Shown: one piece after another, positions 18,109-28,265 of the stretch
Layout: the number at the start of each line of letters is the position of its first letter
Numbering within the stretch: position 1 is the first letter of the stretch
Assembly (NCBI GenBank): GCA_022570885.1
Contig: JACZYW010000003.1
Location: 1 to 38,081, forward strand
Direction of reading: 5' to 3'
Origin: Chloroflexota bacterium
GTDB lineage: Bacteria > Chloroflexota > Dehalococcoidia > DSTF01 > RBG-16-68-14
Length of the DNA stretch: 38,081 nucleotides
Translations under genes and position numbers: made by a program
The notes under the pieces: model-generated
What the model was told of the DNA's origin: nothing
The model's database searches: none
The model's input: only the letters and a program-made list of their open reading frames with translations

Positions 18109-20940
18109 ATGCCTGGTCGAACGAAAGCCAAGACGAAAGCACCATCGACAGCCGACCGTTATCGCCAGCGCTGGCGCTGGGACAGCGTCGCCTGGGGCAG
18201 CCATTGTGTGGACTGCTATCCCAGCAACTGTCCGTACCGTGTCTTTGTCCGCGATGGCAAGGTGGTGCGGGAGGAGCAGTCGGGCACCTTCTCCACGATC
18301 GAGCCCGGCGTACCGGACATGAACCCCGCCGGCTGTCAGAAGGGCGCCATGTGGAGCCAGATGCTCTACGGCCAGGAGCGGGCTCTCTACCCGATGAAAC
18401 GGACGGGGCCTCGCGGCTCCGGCAAATGGCAACGCGTCTCCTGGGATCAGGCGTTGACTGAGATCGCCGACAAGCTCATCGATACGATCCAGGAGGTCGG
18501 GCCGGAGTCCATCGTACGCATTGGCGCGCCGGCCGAGGGGGGCATGCAGGTGCTCGTCTGCGCGAGCGCGCTGATCAGCCGCCTCGGCGGTATCTCGACA
18601 GACGTGCAGGCGGAGATCAACGACTTCAGCCCCGGCCTCTACACGACCTTCGGCAAGTTCGATCCGGCGCCCAGCGTGGACGACTACTTCCACTCTGAGC
18701 TGATCCTTATCTGGCACTGCAACCCCATCTACACCATCATTCCCTGGTACCACTTTGTCGCCGAGGCGCGCTACAACGGCGCGGAGGTCGCGCTGATTGC
18801 GCCCGACTACAGCCCCTCCGCCCTCCACACCGATATCTTCGCGCCGGTTCGCGTGGGGACAGACGCGGCGTTGGCGCTCGGCATGTGCCAGATCATCATC
18901 GAGGAGGGGCTCTACCACGCCGGCTTCGTGAAAGACCAGACCGACCTGCCGCTGCTGGTGCGGCTCGATAACAGGCGCTTCCTCCGCGCCAGCGATGTGG
19001 ACGGCGGCCGGGACGACCAGTTCTACTGGTTCGACACGAAGACGGAGAGCGTGGTCGAGGCGCCTCGTGGCACCCTTGCCCTGGGCGACGTCGATCCTGC
19101 TCTCGAGGGAGCATTCGAGGCGACGCTGTCTGACGGCTCGAAGGTGCAGGTAACGCCCGTCTTTGTCCTCCTGCGCGAGCTGCTGAACAAGGACTACACG
19201 CCGGAGAAGGCTTCCAAGATCTGCGATGTCCACCCGGACGTGATGCGGCGTATCGCCCGCACGGCGGCCCGCAAGCGTACACGTCTCCTTATGGGCTGGA
19301 ACTCCGGCAAGTACTACCACGGCGACCTGATGGAACGCTCTATGGCGCTGTTCTTGGCCCTCACCGGAAACTGGGGAAAGAAGGGCACAGGCGCTCGCTC
19401 CTGGGCCGTAGGCATGTTCGATGGGATGGGCATCACGCCCGCGAAGGCGGCCCCCGGCCCGGAGGCCGCTCGCCAGATGCTCGCGATGCGCGACCAGGGC
19501 CTGGACGCCCTCAAGGCGGAAGACCCCACGATGACCGACGAGATCGCCGTGGCCGAGCAGGGCTACCGCGCCGCGCGCCTGGGTGGCATGGTGCCGCCCG
19601 TCTTCTTCTGGTACTACCACTGCGGCTACCGCGAGCGCTGGAACAAGGCGGAATGGAACGACCCCAGCATGAAGCGCACGTTCGACGAGTATGTCGAAGA
19701 GGGCATCGAGCGCGGCTGGTGGGAGGGATTCCGCACGCCCGACGAGAAGACGCCGCCCCAGGTGATCTTCGAGATCGGCAGCAATCTGTTACGCCGCCAG
19801 CGCGGCGGCGCGAACGTGCTGCTGAAAGAGCTGTGGCCTAAGCTCAAGCTCATCGTCACGATCGACTGGCGGATGAACACCACCGGCCTCTACTCGGACT
19901 ACATCCTGCCGGCGGCCCATCATTACGAGAAGCCGAATCTCTGCTACCCCGTCCCTGACATCCTCAACATCACGCTCTCGGACAAAGCGGCCGAACCGCC
20001 CGGAGAGGCGAAGTCCGAGTGGCAGATCACGCTCGCCCTGGCAAAGAAGATCGAGGAGCGGGCGAAGGCGCGCAACTTCGTTGAGTATCAGACGCGCGGG
20101 TTTTCCATCCGCCTGGACACGCTGTACAACTCGCTCACGAAAAACGGCGCCCTCGCCGAAGACGACCGGTTCATGGACGAGATGATTCGCGATAGCGTCG
20201 TCGCAGGGGTGCTGCCCAAGGGAACCAATCTGAAGACCCTACGCAAGAAGGGACACGTGCGATTCATCGACTGGGGCAAGAGTCCGATGGCGCTGGCCCA
20301 GGCGTCGGACTTGAAGCCCGACGAGACCATGGCCCCATTCCGCTGGCATACCGAGAAGAAGCAGCCCTTCCCCACGCTCACCCGCCGCGCCCAGTTCTAC
20401 ATTGACCACGACTGGTTCTTGGAGGCCGGCGAGGAGCTGCCCATGCACAAGGAGACGCCCATGCAGGGCGGCGACTATCCGTTCCAGCTCACGTCAGGCC
20501 ACCCGCGGCACAGCATCCACTCGATGAACATGACGAACAAAATAATACTGGAGACGCACCGCGGCCATCCCTTCATGTTCATGAACCCGGACGACGCTCG
20601 CACCTGCGGCGTCGAGGACGATGAGGAGGTGAGCGTCCACAACGACGTGGCGTCCATCCAGATAGCGGTCAAGATCTCCGCCACAGTACGCCCCGGCCAG
20701 GTCATTATCTACAACGGCTGGGAACCCTACCAGTTCCGCAAGTGGAGAGGCGCCGAGAACGTAGAGCCGGGAATGGTGAAATGGCTGCACTTGGCGGGCG
20801 GCTATGGCCACCTCCAGTACCGAAGCATCCATTGGCAGCCGATACCCATCGACCGCGCCATTCACGTAGACGTCACGAAGATCAAGCCGAAGTCCCGGGC
20901 AGTGAACGGCGCTAAGACAAGCCGTCGCCGCCGGCGGTAG
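18109..20940 (+). CDS. DMSO reductase family type II molybdoenzyme alpha subunit 2 (EbdA-like); no Tat signal
   Basis: YRQRWRWD; FS0 GSHCVDCYPSNC...GCQKG; Mo-ligand region AEINDFSPG; KYYHGDLMERS; SGHPRHSIHS. GGAGG precedes ATG 18109 (alternative GTG 18103). Confidence 0.93.
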   Translation: MPGRTKAKTKAPSTADRYRQRWRWDSVAWGSHCVDCYPSNCPYRVFVRDGKVVREEQSGTFSTIEPGVPDMNPAGCQKGAMWSQMLYGQERALYPMKRTGPRGSGKWQRVSWDQALTEIADKLIDTIQEVGPESIVRIGAPAEGGMQVLVCASALISRLGGISTDVQAEINDFSPGLYTTFGKFDPAPSVDDYFHSELILIWHCNPIYTIIPWYHFVAEARYNGAEVALIAPDYSPSALHTDIFAPVRVGTDAALALGMCQIIIEEGLYHAGFVKDQTDLPLLVRLDNRRFLRASDVDGGRDDQFYWFDTKTESVVEAPRGTLALGDVDPALEGAFEATLSDGSKVQVTPVFVLLRELLNKDYTPEKASKICDVHPDVMRRIARTAARKRTRLLMGWNSGKYYHGDLMERSMALFLALTGNWGKKGTGARSWAVGMFDGMGITPAKAAPGPEAARQMLAMRDQGLDALKAEDPTMTDEIAVAEQGYRAARLGGMVPPVFFWYYHCGYRERWNKAEWNDPSMKRTFDEYVEEGIERGWWEGFRTPDEKTPPQVIFEIGSNLLRRQRGGANVLLKELWPKLKLIVTIDWRMNTTGLYSDYILPAAHHYEKPNLCYPVPDILNITLSDKAAEPPGEAKSEWQITLALAKKIEERAKARNFVEYQTRGFSIRLDTLYNSLTKNGALAEDDRFMDEMIRDSVVAGVLPKGTNLKTLRKKGHVRFIDWGKSPMALAQASDLKPDETMAPFRWHTEKKQPFPTLTRRAQFYIDHDWFLEAGEELPMHKETPMQGGDYPFQLTSGHPRHSIHSMNMTNKIILETHRGHPFMFMNPDDARTCGVEDDEEVSVHNDVASIQIAVKISATVRPGQVIIYNGWEPYQFRKWRGAENVEPGMVKWLHLAGGYGHLQYRSIHWQPIPIDRAIHVDVTKIKPKSRAVNGAKTSRRRRR

Positions 20941-20954
20941 CAAAGGAGGCAATC

Positions 20955-21998
20955 ATGGCAGCGAAACAATCACAGACTGCTCCACTGAAGCAGATAGCGA
21001 TGGTGTTCGACCTGAACAAGTGCATCGGCTGCCAGACCTGCTCGGTCGCCTGCAAGGTGCTCTGGACCCAAGAGGAGGGCGAGGAGTACCAGTGGTGGTG
21101 CACGGTCAACACGTTGCCTGGCCGCGGCCATCCCAAGGATTGGGAGCAGATGGGAGGCGGCTATGGTAGCGGTGGTTCCCCTGCAGCCGGACGTCTTCCA
21201 TCTCGAGCGGAGTTCGGCGGCGGCTGGGAATACAACTACGAGGAGGTCTACACCAGTAAGGAACACATCCCGCTCCGGCCTGTCGATAGCAACGGTACGA
21301 CCAGTTGGGGCCCCAACTGGGACGAGGATGAAGGTGGCGGCGAATACCCCAACAGCTACTTCTTCTACATGCCCCGGCTCTGCAACCACTGCACCCGTCC
21401 CGTCTGCGTGGAGGCGTGTCCTCGGGGCGCCATGTCCAAGCGTCCCAAGGACGGCATCGTCCTGCGAGACGAGGACGAATGTCGGGGGTACCGGTTCTGC
21501 ATGGAGGCCTGCCCCTACAAGAAGATCTACTTCAACCTGGCGCGACAGGTAAGCCAGCACTGCATCCTGTGCTTTCCCCGGCTGGAGAAGAACGTCGCGC
21601 CTGCCTGCGTGCGCCAGTGTCCCGGACGTCTCGTCTTTGTCGGATACCTGGACGACGAGGAGGGCCCGATCCACAAGCTGGTGAATCAGTGGCGGGTGGC
21701 ACTGCCCCTGCATCCCGAGTACGGCACCGGCGCGAACATCTTCTACATCCCGCCGCTCGCGCCGTACCGGCTCAACGAGGACAGCAGCCTGGACGAATCA
21801 ACGCCGCGCATCCCCATGGCGGAGCTGGAGCGGCTCTTCGGCCCGCGGGTGGGCTCGGCCCTGGACACGATGCGAACAGAGATGGAGAAGAAGCGACGCG
21901 GGGAGCCATCCGAGTTGATGGATACGCTCATCGTCTATCACTGGAACGAACTGCTGGGCCCCTGGACCCGAGACCCGGCGAGCATCCACTGGCGCTGA
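20955..21998 (+). CDS. type II DMSO reductase Fe-S (beta) subunit 2
   Basis: FDLNKCIGCQTCSVAC, CNHCTRPVCVEACP, CRGYRFCMEACPY, CILC...ACVRQCP; AAGGAGG RBS. Confidence 0.94.
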   Translation: MAAKQSQTAPLKQIAMVFDLNKCIGCQTCSVACKVLWTQEEGEEYQWWCTVNTLPGRGHPKDWEQMGGGYGSGGSPAAGRLPSRAEFGGGWEYNYEEVYTSKEHIPLRPVDSNGTTSWGPNWDEDEGGGEYPNSYFFYMPRLCNHCTRPVCVEACPRGAMSKRPKDGIVLRDEDECRGYRFCMEACPYKKIYFNLARQVSQHCILCFPRLEKNVAPACVRQCPGRLVFVGYLDDEEGPIHKLVNQWRVALPLHPEYGTGANIFYIPPLAPYRLNEDSSLDESTPRIPMAELERLFGPRVGSALDTMRTEMEKKRRGEPSELMDTLIVYHWNELLGPWTRDPASIHWR

Positions 21999-22064
21999 GG
22001 CCGGCGCAATGACGCTTGCCAGACCTTCGGGCCGGGCGCAGGCCTCGACGTCGAAGGAGGCGAG

Positions 22065-25064
22065 ATGTCAAGTAAGCGCGAGCGGCAACTGACGAAAAGC
22101 TCAGGCGACGCGTCGCTTCAGCTTTTGGGCCAGCACATCACCCGCAGGAGCTTCCTAAAGGGCGCCTCGCTGGGTGTGGCCGCACTCTACCTGACGCAGT
22201 TGGGCTGCCGGGGTGGCGAGGAAGGCATCCGCCGCGTCGTCGAGCAGAGCTCCCTCTACGGCAACTGGACCGACCTCTACCGTCAGAAGTGGACCTGGGA
22301 CAAGGTCACCTGGGGGACGCATCTCATCGACTGCTACCCGGGGAGCTGCCTCTTCCGCGTCTACACCAAGGACGGCGTCGTCTGGCGCGAGGAGCAGGCG
22401 GGCCTCTACCCGGAGATCGAGCCCGGCGTGCCGGACATGAACCCCCGTGGCTGCCAGAAGGGCGCCTGCTTCAGCGACGTCATGTACGGGCCAGAGCGAT
22501 TGCGCCACCCTCTGCGGCGTGTTGGCGAACGGGGCGCCGGCAAGTGGGAGCGCATCTCCTGGGACGAGGCGCTCACCGTGGTCGCAGACGGCATGCTCGA
22601 TGCGATGGAGGAGGTGGGGCCGGAGTCGATCATCTACGAGACCGGCCCCGGCAACGGCGGCATCGTCAACGGGCCGCTGCCCGGCTGGCGCCTCTCTCGG
22701 CTGATCGGGGCAACGGTGCTCGATACCAACGGCATGATCGGCGATTTCAACGTCGGCCTCTACGAAACGTTCGGCAAGTTTCAGTTCGTCTCGTCCGTCG
22801 ATGACTGGTTTCACGCCGATCTGATCCTCACCTGGCACATGAACCCTGTCTTCACCCGAATCCCCAGCGCCCACTTTATCTACGAGGCGCGTTACCACGG
22901 CACTCAAGTCGTCAACATCTCGCCGGACTACAACGCCTCTGCCGTTCACGCCGACCTCTGGGTGCCCGTCGAGCCGGGGTCGGACGCGGCGCTGGCACTG
23001 GCCATGTGCCGGATCATCATCGACGAGGGGTGGGTGAACCATGACTTCGTCGTAGAGCAGACGGACCTCCCCCTCCTGGTTCGGCTGGATAACCGCCGCT
23101 ACCTGCGCCAGACCGACCTCGAGCCTGAGGAGCCGGACGCGCGCGATGACCAGTTCTACGTGTGGGATGAGGAGTCCGGCGGACCTGCGCTCGCACCGCG
23201 CGACACGCTGCGAATGAAAGTCCGCCCGGCGCTGGAAGGCCGCTTCGCCGTCGCCCTTCCCGGCGGCGAGCAGATAGAGGTCACGACAGTCTTCGAGCTG
23301 CTGCGCGAGCGGCTGGACGCCTACACGCCAGAGCATGCAGCGTCCATTACCGGTGTTCGGCCTTCGATCATCCGGCGCCTGGCGAAGATGGTTGCGGAGG
23401 CGAAGCGCGTTCACATCTTGCAGGGCTGGAACGTCAATAAGTACTACCACGGCGACCTGATCGAGCGCTCGCAGGCGCTGCTGCTGGCGCTCACCGGCAA
23501 CTTTGGCCGCAAGGGCACGGGCATGCGCGGCTTCAACACCGGCCAGCTCCAGGTGGGAACAGTGGTGAAAGACCACGCCGGCATCGAGGGCTTCATCAAG
23601 CTCGCCGAAAACGTGCTGAGCGTTGAAGAGGAGCTGCTCGCGGAAGATCCCACGCTCACGGAGGAGATGCTCGCCATCGGCGTGGAGCAGGCGGAGTCGC
23701 AGCGGCGGGTGCTCCTGCCTTACCCGTCCGGACCGCTGACTGTCCCAGCCGCCTTCTACTGGTACTGGCACGCCGGCTATAAGGAGGTTTGGAACCGGCC
23801 AGAGTGGTCGGACCCGGCGATGAAGCGGCCGTTGGGCGAGTACTTGGATGAGGCCGTCGCGAAAGGCTGGTGGGAGGGTGTTGCACTACCGCCTCCGGAC
23901 CGGCCGCCGCGCGTGCTCATGGAAGTTGGCTGCTCTACGCTGCGGCGAACTCGGGGTGGCTACAAGATCCTGCGCGAGCGCCTCTGGCCGCAGCTCAAAC
24001 TCATCACCACGGTCGATGTGCGAATGAGCGCCACCGCTCGCCAGTCGGACATCGTGCTGCCGGCGGCAGGCTTCTACGAGAAGACGGACTTTCGCTTCCC
24101 TACGGCCCATATCAATTTCCTCACCTTTACCGAGCAAGCGGTGAAACCCGTCGGCGAGTCGAAGCCCGAGTGGGAGATCTTCTCGCTGCTTGCCAGCAAG
24201 ATTCAGGAGCGCGCCCAGGCCCGCGGCATGACGACGGTCACCGACGCCGACGGCCGCGAGTTCCCGCTCGACCAGCTCGTCGAGCGCTTCTCCATGCACG
24301 GCGCGGTGCGCGAGCACGACGGCGAGGCCCTGGCCGAGGACATGGTGCGCGATACCGTGCGCGTCGGCGCGCTGCCGGAGCGCACCTCTCTCGAGACGTT
24401 TCGCAAGAAGGGCATCGTACGCTTCACGGGCCTGGGCCAGACGGCAGAAGGGCTCAACATGGCGACGGACATCAAGCAAAACGAGACAGTCTCGCCCCTG
24501 CGCTGGCACATCGAGCGGAAGATGCCCTATCCCACTCTCACCCGCCGCATCCAGTTCTACATCGACCATGAGTGGTTCCTGGAGGCGGACGAGGCGCTGC
24601 CTCGCCACAAGCCCAACCCCCGGATGGGCGGCTCGTTTCCCCTCACCATGGTGAGCGGCCATCTCAGATGGAGCATTCACTCCACTTGGGTGGCGAACCG
24701 ACTGATGCTCCAGACACACCGAGGCGAACCATTCCTCATGATGAACCCTCAGGACGCCGTCGCGAGAGGCTTGGCTGATAACGACGAGGTGCGCGTGTAC
24801 AACGACTTCGACGACTTCCATGTGCGCGTTAAGTTCTCGCCGTCGGTGCGGCCTGGGGAGGTGATCATCTACCACGCATGGGAGCCTTACCAGTACCGCA
24901 ACTGGAAGCCGTACGACACCGTGATCCCCGGCATGATCAAGTGGCTCCACCTAGCGGGCGGCTACGGCCATCTCAAGTTCTGGCGCAACAACTGGCAGCC
25001 CCAGCAGGCCGACCGGGCCATTGCCGTAGACGTAGAGAAATCGTCCTCGGAGGCAGTAGTGTGA
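22065..25064 (+). CDS. DMSO reductase family type II molybdoenzyme alpha subunit 3 (EbdA-like) with twin-arginine signal peptide
   Basis: ITRRSFLKG plus h-region; FS0 GTHLIDCYPGSC...PRGCQKG; Mo-ligand region GMIGDFNVG; SGHLRWSIHS; AAGGAGG RBS. Confidence 0.94.
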   Translation: MSSKRERQLTKSSGDASLQLLGQHITRRSFLKGASLGVAALYLTQLGCRGGEEGIRRVVEQSSLYGNWTDLYRQKWTWDKVTWGTHLIDCYPGSCLFRVYTKDGVVWREEQAGLYPEIEPGVPDMNPRGCQKGACFSDVMYGPERLRHPLRRVGERGAGKWERISWDEALTVVADGMLDAMEEVGPESIIYETGPGNGGIVNGPLPGWRLSRLIGATVLDTNGMIGDFNVGLYETFGKFQFVSSVDDWFHADLILTWHMNPVFTRIPSAHFIYEARYHGTQVVNISPDYNASAVHADLWVPVEPGSDAALALAMCRIIIDEGWVNHDFVVEQTDLPLLVRLDNRRYLRQTDLEPEEPDARDDQFYVWDEESGGPALAPRDTLRMKVRPALEGRFAVALPGGEQIEVTTVFELLRERLDAYTPEHAASITGVRPSIIRRLAKMVAEAKRVHILQGWNVNKYYHGDLIERSQALLLALTGNFGRKGTGMRGFNTGQLQVGTVVKDHAGIEGFIKLAENVLSVEEELLAEDPTLTEEMLAIGVEQAESQRRVLLPYPSGPLTVPAAFYWYWHAGYKEVWNRPEWSDPAMKRPLGEYLDEAVAKGWWEGVALPPPDRPPRVLMEVGCSTLRRTRGGYKILRERLWPQLKLITTVDVRMSATARQSDIVLPAAGFYEKTDFRFPTAHINFLTFTEQAVKPVGESKPEWEIFSLLASKIQERAQARGMTTVTDADGREFPLDQLVERFSMHGAVREHDGEALAEDMVRDTVRVGALPERTSLETFRKKGIVRFTGLGQTAEGLNMATDIKQNETVSPLRWHIERKMPYPTLTRRIQFYIDHEWFLEADEALPRHKPNPRMGGSFPLTMVSGHLRWSIHSTWVANRLMLQTHRGEPFLMMNPQDAVARGLADNDEVRVYNDFDDFHVRVKFSPSVRPGEVIIYHAWEPYQYRNWKPYDTVIPGMIKWLHLAGGYGHLKFWRNNWQPQQADRAIAVDVEKSSSEAVV

Positions 25065-26497
25065 TGGCGCTTCTCGACCTCGGCAGCGAGGCTCCGGCCC
25101 GCCGCCTGCCGCTCCGCTTCGACGAGCTGGAGCGGACGACGGCTGAGGCGCTGGCCGACGCCGACCGGCCGCTGGGCACGCTAGGCCACCTGGCGCTGTG
25201 GGCCAACCTGGGCACAGGCCTCTACCTGCTGGTCGTCGGCGCCTGGCTGGTGCCGGCGCTCAGCATCCCCCAGGCGATCGTCGCCACCGTCATCGGCGCC
25301 TCGCTGGGCTCAGCGATGGTGGCCGCGGCGGTGCGGTTGGGGGCGGCCGAGAACCGGCCGGGCGTGGCACTCCACCGAGATGCTCTGGGCAAATCCGGCG
25401 CGAACGTCTACGGCGTCCTCGCAGGCTTTCGACACCTGGCCTGGGGTGCGATCCAGCTCGCCATCGCCGCCGAGGTAGCCGCCGTCGTGATGGCCCGCCA
25501 GGGCATGGGCGGCGGCCGGCCGCTCTGGGCGGCGATCTTCGGAGCGCTGGTGCTCCTCATGGTGCTCGCCGGGCCGAGCACGGTGATCCGTCGCTGGCTG
25601 GTGCCGAGCGTGGCGCTCACGCTGCTCATCGCCGCCGTCTTCGCCTACTCGGCCTGGTCCGACTTCGGCATTTCGGCGATGCTCAAGCGCGAGCCGACGG
25701 GCGGCTGGCCGGGCATGACCGGCGCCGTCGACATCGTCGCTGCCGTCGCTCTCATCTCGCTTCCCGTCGCCACAGACCTTGGACGGCTGGGGAGCGCGCG
25801 GCGGGCAGGCCGCGCCGCCTTCGCCGGACTGGCGGGCATGACGATATGGTTCGTCCTCCTGGGCGTACTCTTCGTGCCGGCTGTCGATGGCCGCGACCTG
25901 GCGGGCTTCCTGCTCGCGACGCCGGCCGGCGCTCTGGTACTGATACTGCTGGTCGTACTCGAACTGGACGGCGCGTTCGTCAGCCTCTACGCGCTGTCTT
26001 CGACAGTGCGCGGCTGGGCGCCGAAGGCGAACGCCGCCCTGCCGGTGGCAGTCGGGGGTGCGGCGGTCTTCGCGCTGGGTGCGGCGCTCCTCGACCCGTT
26101 CAACTTTGGCGACGCGCTCCTGCTGCTGGGCGCTGCCTTCGCGCCACTGCTCGGCGTGCTGCTGGCAGTCAGGCTGGTGCGTCGCTGGTGGTTCCAGGTG
26201 ACGGGGGAAACTCGGCTGCGGCCTGACGGACGGTTGGAGATCATCAGCGGGAGTGTATCGCTGCCAGTACTGGGTGGCGCCTTTGCCTGGGCGATGGGCT
26301 TTCTGCTCTACAACTGGGCGGCGCCGCTAGAGGTGCCTGGATGGACAGCAGCGATGTCGGTCCTCTTTCAAGATGTCCTGCGGCTCCCCTTCCCGGCGGG
26401 CGTGCCTGGCCTGAGCGCTACCGCTCTGGGCTTCGCTGTCGCGTTCGTGGTGGCTGGGGGGTCAACGGCGCTTGGGGCGCGGCGGCATGCCGCCTGA
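25064..26497 (+). CDS. NCS1-family (cytosine/purine, CytX-like) permease
   Basis: About 12 hydrophobic segments; HLALWANLG, LG..GANVYGVL...RHLAWGAIQ, LPVATDLGR, LLGAAFAPLLGVLLA; TGATG coupling. Confidence 0.75.
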   Translation: MALLDLGSEAPARRLPLRFDELERTTAEALADADRPLGTLGHLALWANLGTGLYLLVVGAWLVPALSIPQAIVATVIGASLGSAMVAAAVRLGAAENRPGVALHRDALGKSGANVYGVLAGFRHLAWGAIQLAIAAEVAAVVMARQGMGGGRPLWAAIFGALVLLMVLAGPSTVIRRWLVPSVALTLLIAAVFAYSAWSDFGISAMLKREPTGGWPGMTGAVDIVAAVALISLPVATDLGRLGSARRAGRAAFAGLAGMTIWFVLLGVLFVPAVDGRDLAGFLLATPAGALVLILLVVLELDGAFVSLYALSSTVRGWAPKANAALPVAVGGAAVFALGAALLDPFNFGDALLLLGAAFAPLLGVLLAVRLVRRWWFQVTGETRLRPDGRLEIISGSVSLPVLGGAFAWAMGFLLYNWAAPLEVPGWTAAMSVLFQDVLRLPFPAGVPGLSATALGFAVAFVVAGGSTALGARRHAA

Positions 26498-26513
26498 GGC
26501 TGTGGGAAACGCG

Positions 26514-28265
26514 ATGTTCAACAGCAACGTACAATCAATGGCGCCAGAGAAACCGGACGGTAGCCGCGTCTTGGTCATCGCCGCCGTGATGGCAGCACTC
26601 TTCGTATCGGCCATCAGTCAGACGGTGGTAACGACAGCGCTGCCGCGCATGATCGGCGATCTGGGCGGGCTGAGCCTCTATAGCTGGGTGCTCACGTCAT
26701 CGATGCTCGCCGCTACCGTGGCCATGCCTCTGGTGGGCAAGCTCTCCGATCTCTACGGACGCAAGCCGTTCCTGATGGGTGGTATCGCCCTCTTCATGGT
26801 CGCCTCGGCCTTTACTGGGGCCTCACAGAACATGTTGCAGCTCATCGGTTTCCGGGCCGTGCAGGGGCTGGCAGGCGGGACGATCATGGCCAGCGCCTTC
26901 GCCACCATCGGTGATCTCTTCCCGCCGGCGGAACGCGGACGGTACTTCGGACTCTTCACCGGCGTCTTCGGTCTCGCCAGCGTCGCCGGGCCGCTCCTCG
27001 GCGGTTTCGTCACCGACCACTGGGGCTGGCGCTGGGTCTTCTACATAAACGTGCCCTTTGGCCTGCTGGCGTTGGCGGTGCTGACAAAAGGGATGCGCTG
27101 GCAGCGCCCAGACGAGTCGGAGCGTCGGGCGGTGCCTATCGATTGGATGGGGATGGTCGCCCTCCTCTGGGCCGTGATCCCTCTGCTGCTGGCGTTGGCC
27201 TGGGCGGGCGACCGCTTCCCATGGGTCTCCGCCCCGATCGGAGCGTTGCTGGGGATAGCAGGACTGGGTTTCTTCGCCTTCCTCGCGATCGAGCGTGGAG
27301 CAGCGGACCCGGTGCTCCCGCTCTCCCTCTTTCGCGTGCGGACGTTCGTGGTGGCATCCGCCGCCGCCTTCCTGACGGGCATCGGGTTGTTCGGAGCGCT
27401 CAGCTACATGCCGCTGTTCATCCAGGGCGTGCTGGGCGCTTCGGCGACGAACTCCGGCCTGGTCAATATGCCGCTGATGCTCGGCTTGACCGCCGCCAGC
27501 CTTGCCTCCGGCATGGTGGCCAGCCGGACAGGCCGCTATCGATGGATGGTCATCGCCGGTGGCTTTGTGCTGGTGGGCGGGATGGCCATCATGGCTACGC
27601 TGGACGAGCAGGCCAGCCTGGCCCTGCCCATCGTGGGGATGATCGTGGTGGGCCTGGGACTGGGGCTCAGCATGCCGCTGCTCGGCCTCGCCGTCCAGAA
27701 CGCCCTAGACGACCGTTTGCTCGGCGTGGCGACAGCATCGAGTCAGTTCTTCCGCCAGATCGGCGGCACGCTGGGTATCGCCCTCTTCGGCACCATCATC
27801 ACGACGCAGATCCAGGGCGGCCTTATTGGACGGCTGCCAGAGGAGGTGACCAGCGTTGCGCCACCAGAAGCGCTCCGCCAACTGGAGGAGCCGCGCATCC
27901 TGCTCAGCCCCCAGGCGCTGGAGCAGCTACGCGGGACGTTCGCAGCCTTCGGCGACACTGGGCCCGCGCTCTACGATCAGACGCTCGCTGCGATGCGCGG
28001 TGTCCTGGCGGACGGCCTGCAAGAAGTCTTCCTCGTAGGGCTCTTGGTGGCGGTCCTCGCTTTCGCCGTTAGCGTCTTCCTTCCGGAGCTGCCGCTGCGA
28101 ACGCGAGCGTCTGGAGAGCAAGAGCGGGCGTCTGCGCCGGCCGACTTGATCTGGGACGACGCATCGTGGATACGCGAGGGACGCACCCTCCACGAGGTGC
28201 CAGTCGATGAAGCACCGCCACACGCGGCAGCGGTCCCCCAAGCCGGAGAGGCAGGTGACAGCTAA
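26514..28265 (+). CDS. MFS DHA2 (14-TMS, EmrB/QacA-like) efflux transporter
   Basis: QTVVTTALP, GKLSDLYGRK, FRAVQGLAGG, GPLLGG, WRWVFYINVP, FFRQIGG. Start uncertain (26487, 26514 or 26538). Confidence 0.9.
   Translation: MFNSNVQSMAPEKPDGSRVLVIAAVMAALFVSAISQTVVTTALPRMIGDLGGLSLYSWVLTSSMLAATVAMPLVGKLSDLYGRKPFLMGGIALFMVASAFTGASQNMLQLIGFRAVQGLAGGTIMASAFATIGDLFPPAERGRYFGLFTGVFGLASVAGPLLGGFVTDHWGWRWVFYINVPFGLLALAVLTKGMRWQRPDESERRAVPIDWMGMVALLWAVIPLLLALAWAGDRFPWVSAPIGALLGIAGLGFFAFLAIERGAADPVLPLSLFRVRTFVVASAAAFLTGIGLFGALSYMPLFIQGVLGASATNSGLVNMPLMLGLTAASLASGMVASRTGRYRWMVIAGGFVLVGGMAIMATLDEQASLALPIVGMIVVGLGLGLSMPLLGLAVQNALDDRLLGVATASSQFFRQIGGTLGIALFGTIITTQIQGGLIGRLPEEVTSVAPPEALRQLEEPRILLSPQALEQLRGTFAAFGDTGPALYDQTLAAMRGVLADGLQEVFLVGLLVAVLAFAVSVFLPELPLRTRASGEQERASAPADLIWDDASWIREGRTLHEVPVDEAPPHAAAVPQAGEAGDS

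Noticed and set aside
22160-22215. Lipobox in the alpha3 signal peptide (QLGC)
   Set aside because: The Cys is suitably placed but the -3 residue is non-canonical; cannot be called without a predictor
18079-24950. Long antisense ORFs (18079-19620, 20970-21713, 22155-23771, 23886-24950; likewise 11207-12226, 31454-32863, 34853-35692)
   Set aside because: Shadows of high-GC genes on the opposite strand, with no recognisable motifs
11138-25064. Respiratory nitrate reductase (narGHJI) call
   Set aside because: The alphas are ~920-1000 aa, shorter than NarG, and the gamma is a soluble EbdC-type rather than membrane NarI; no nitrate transporter is present
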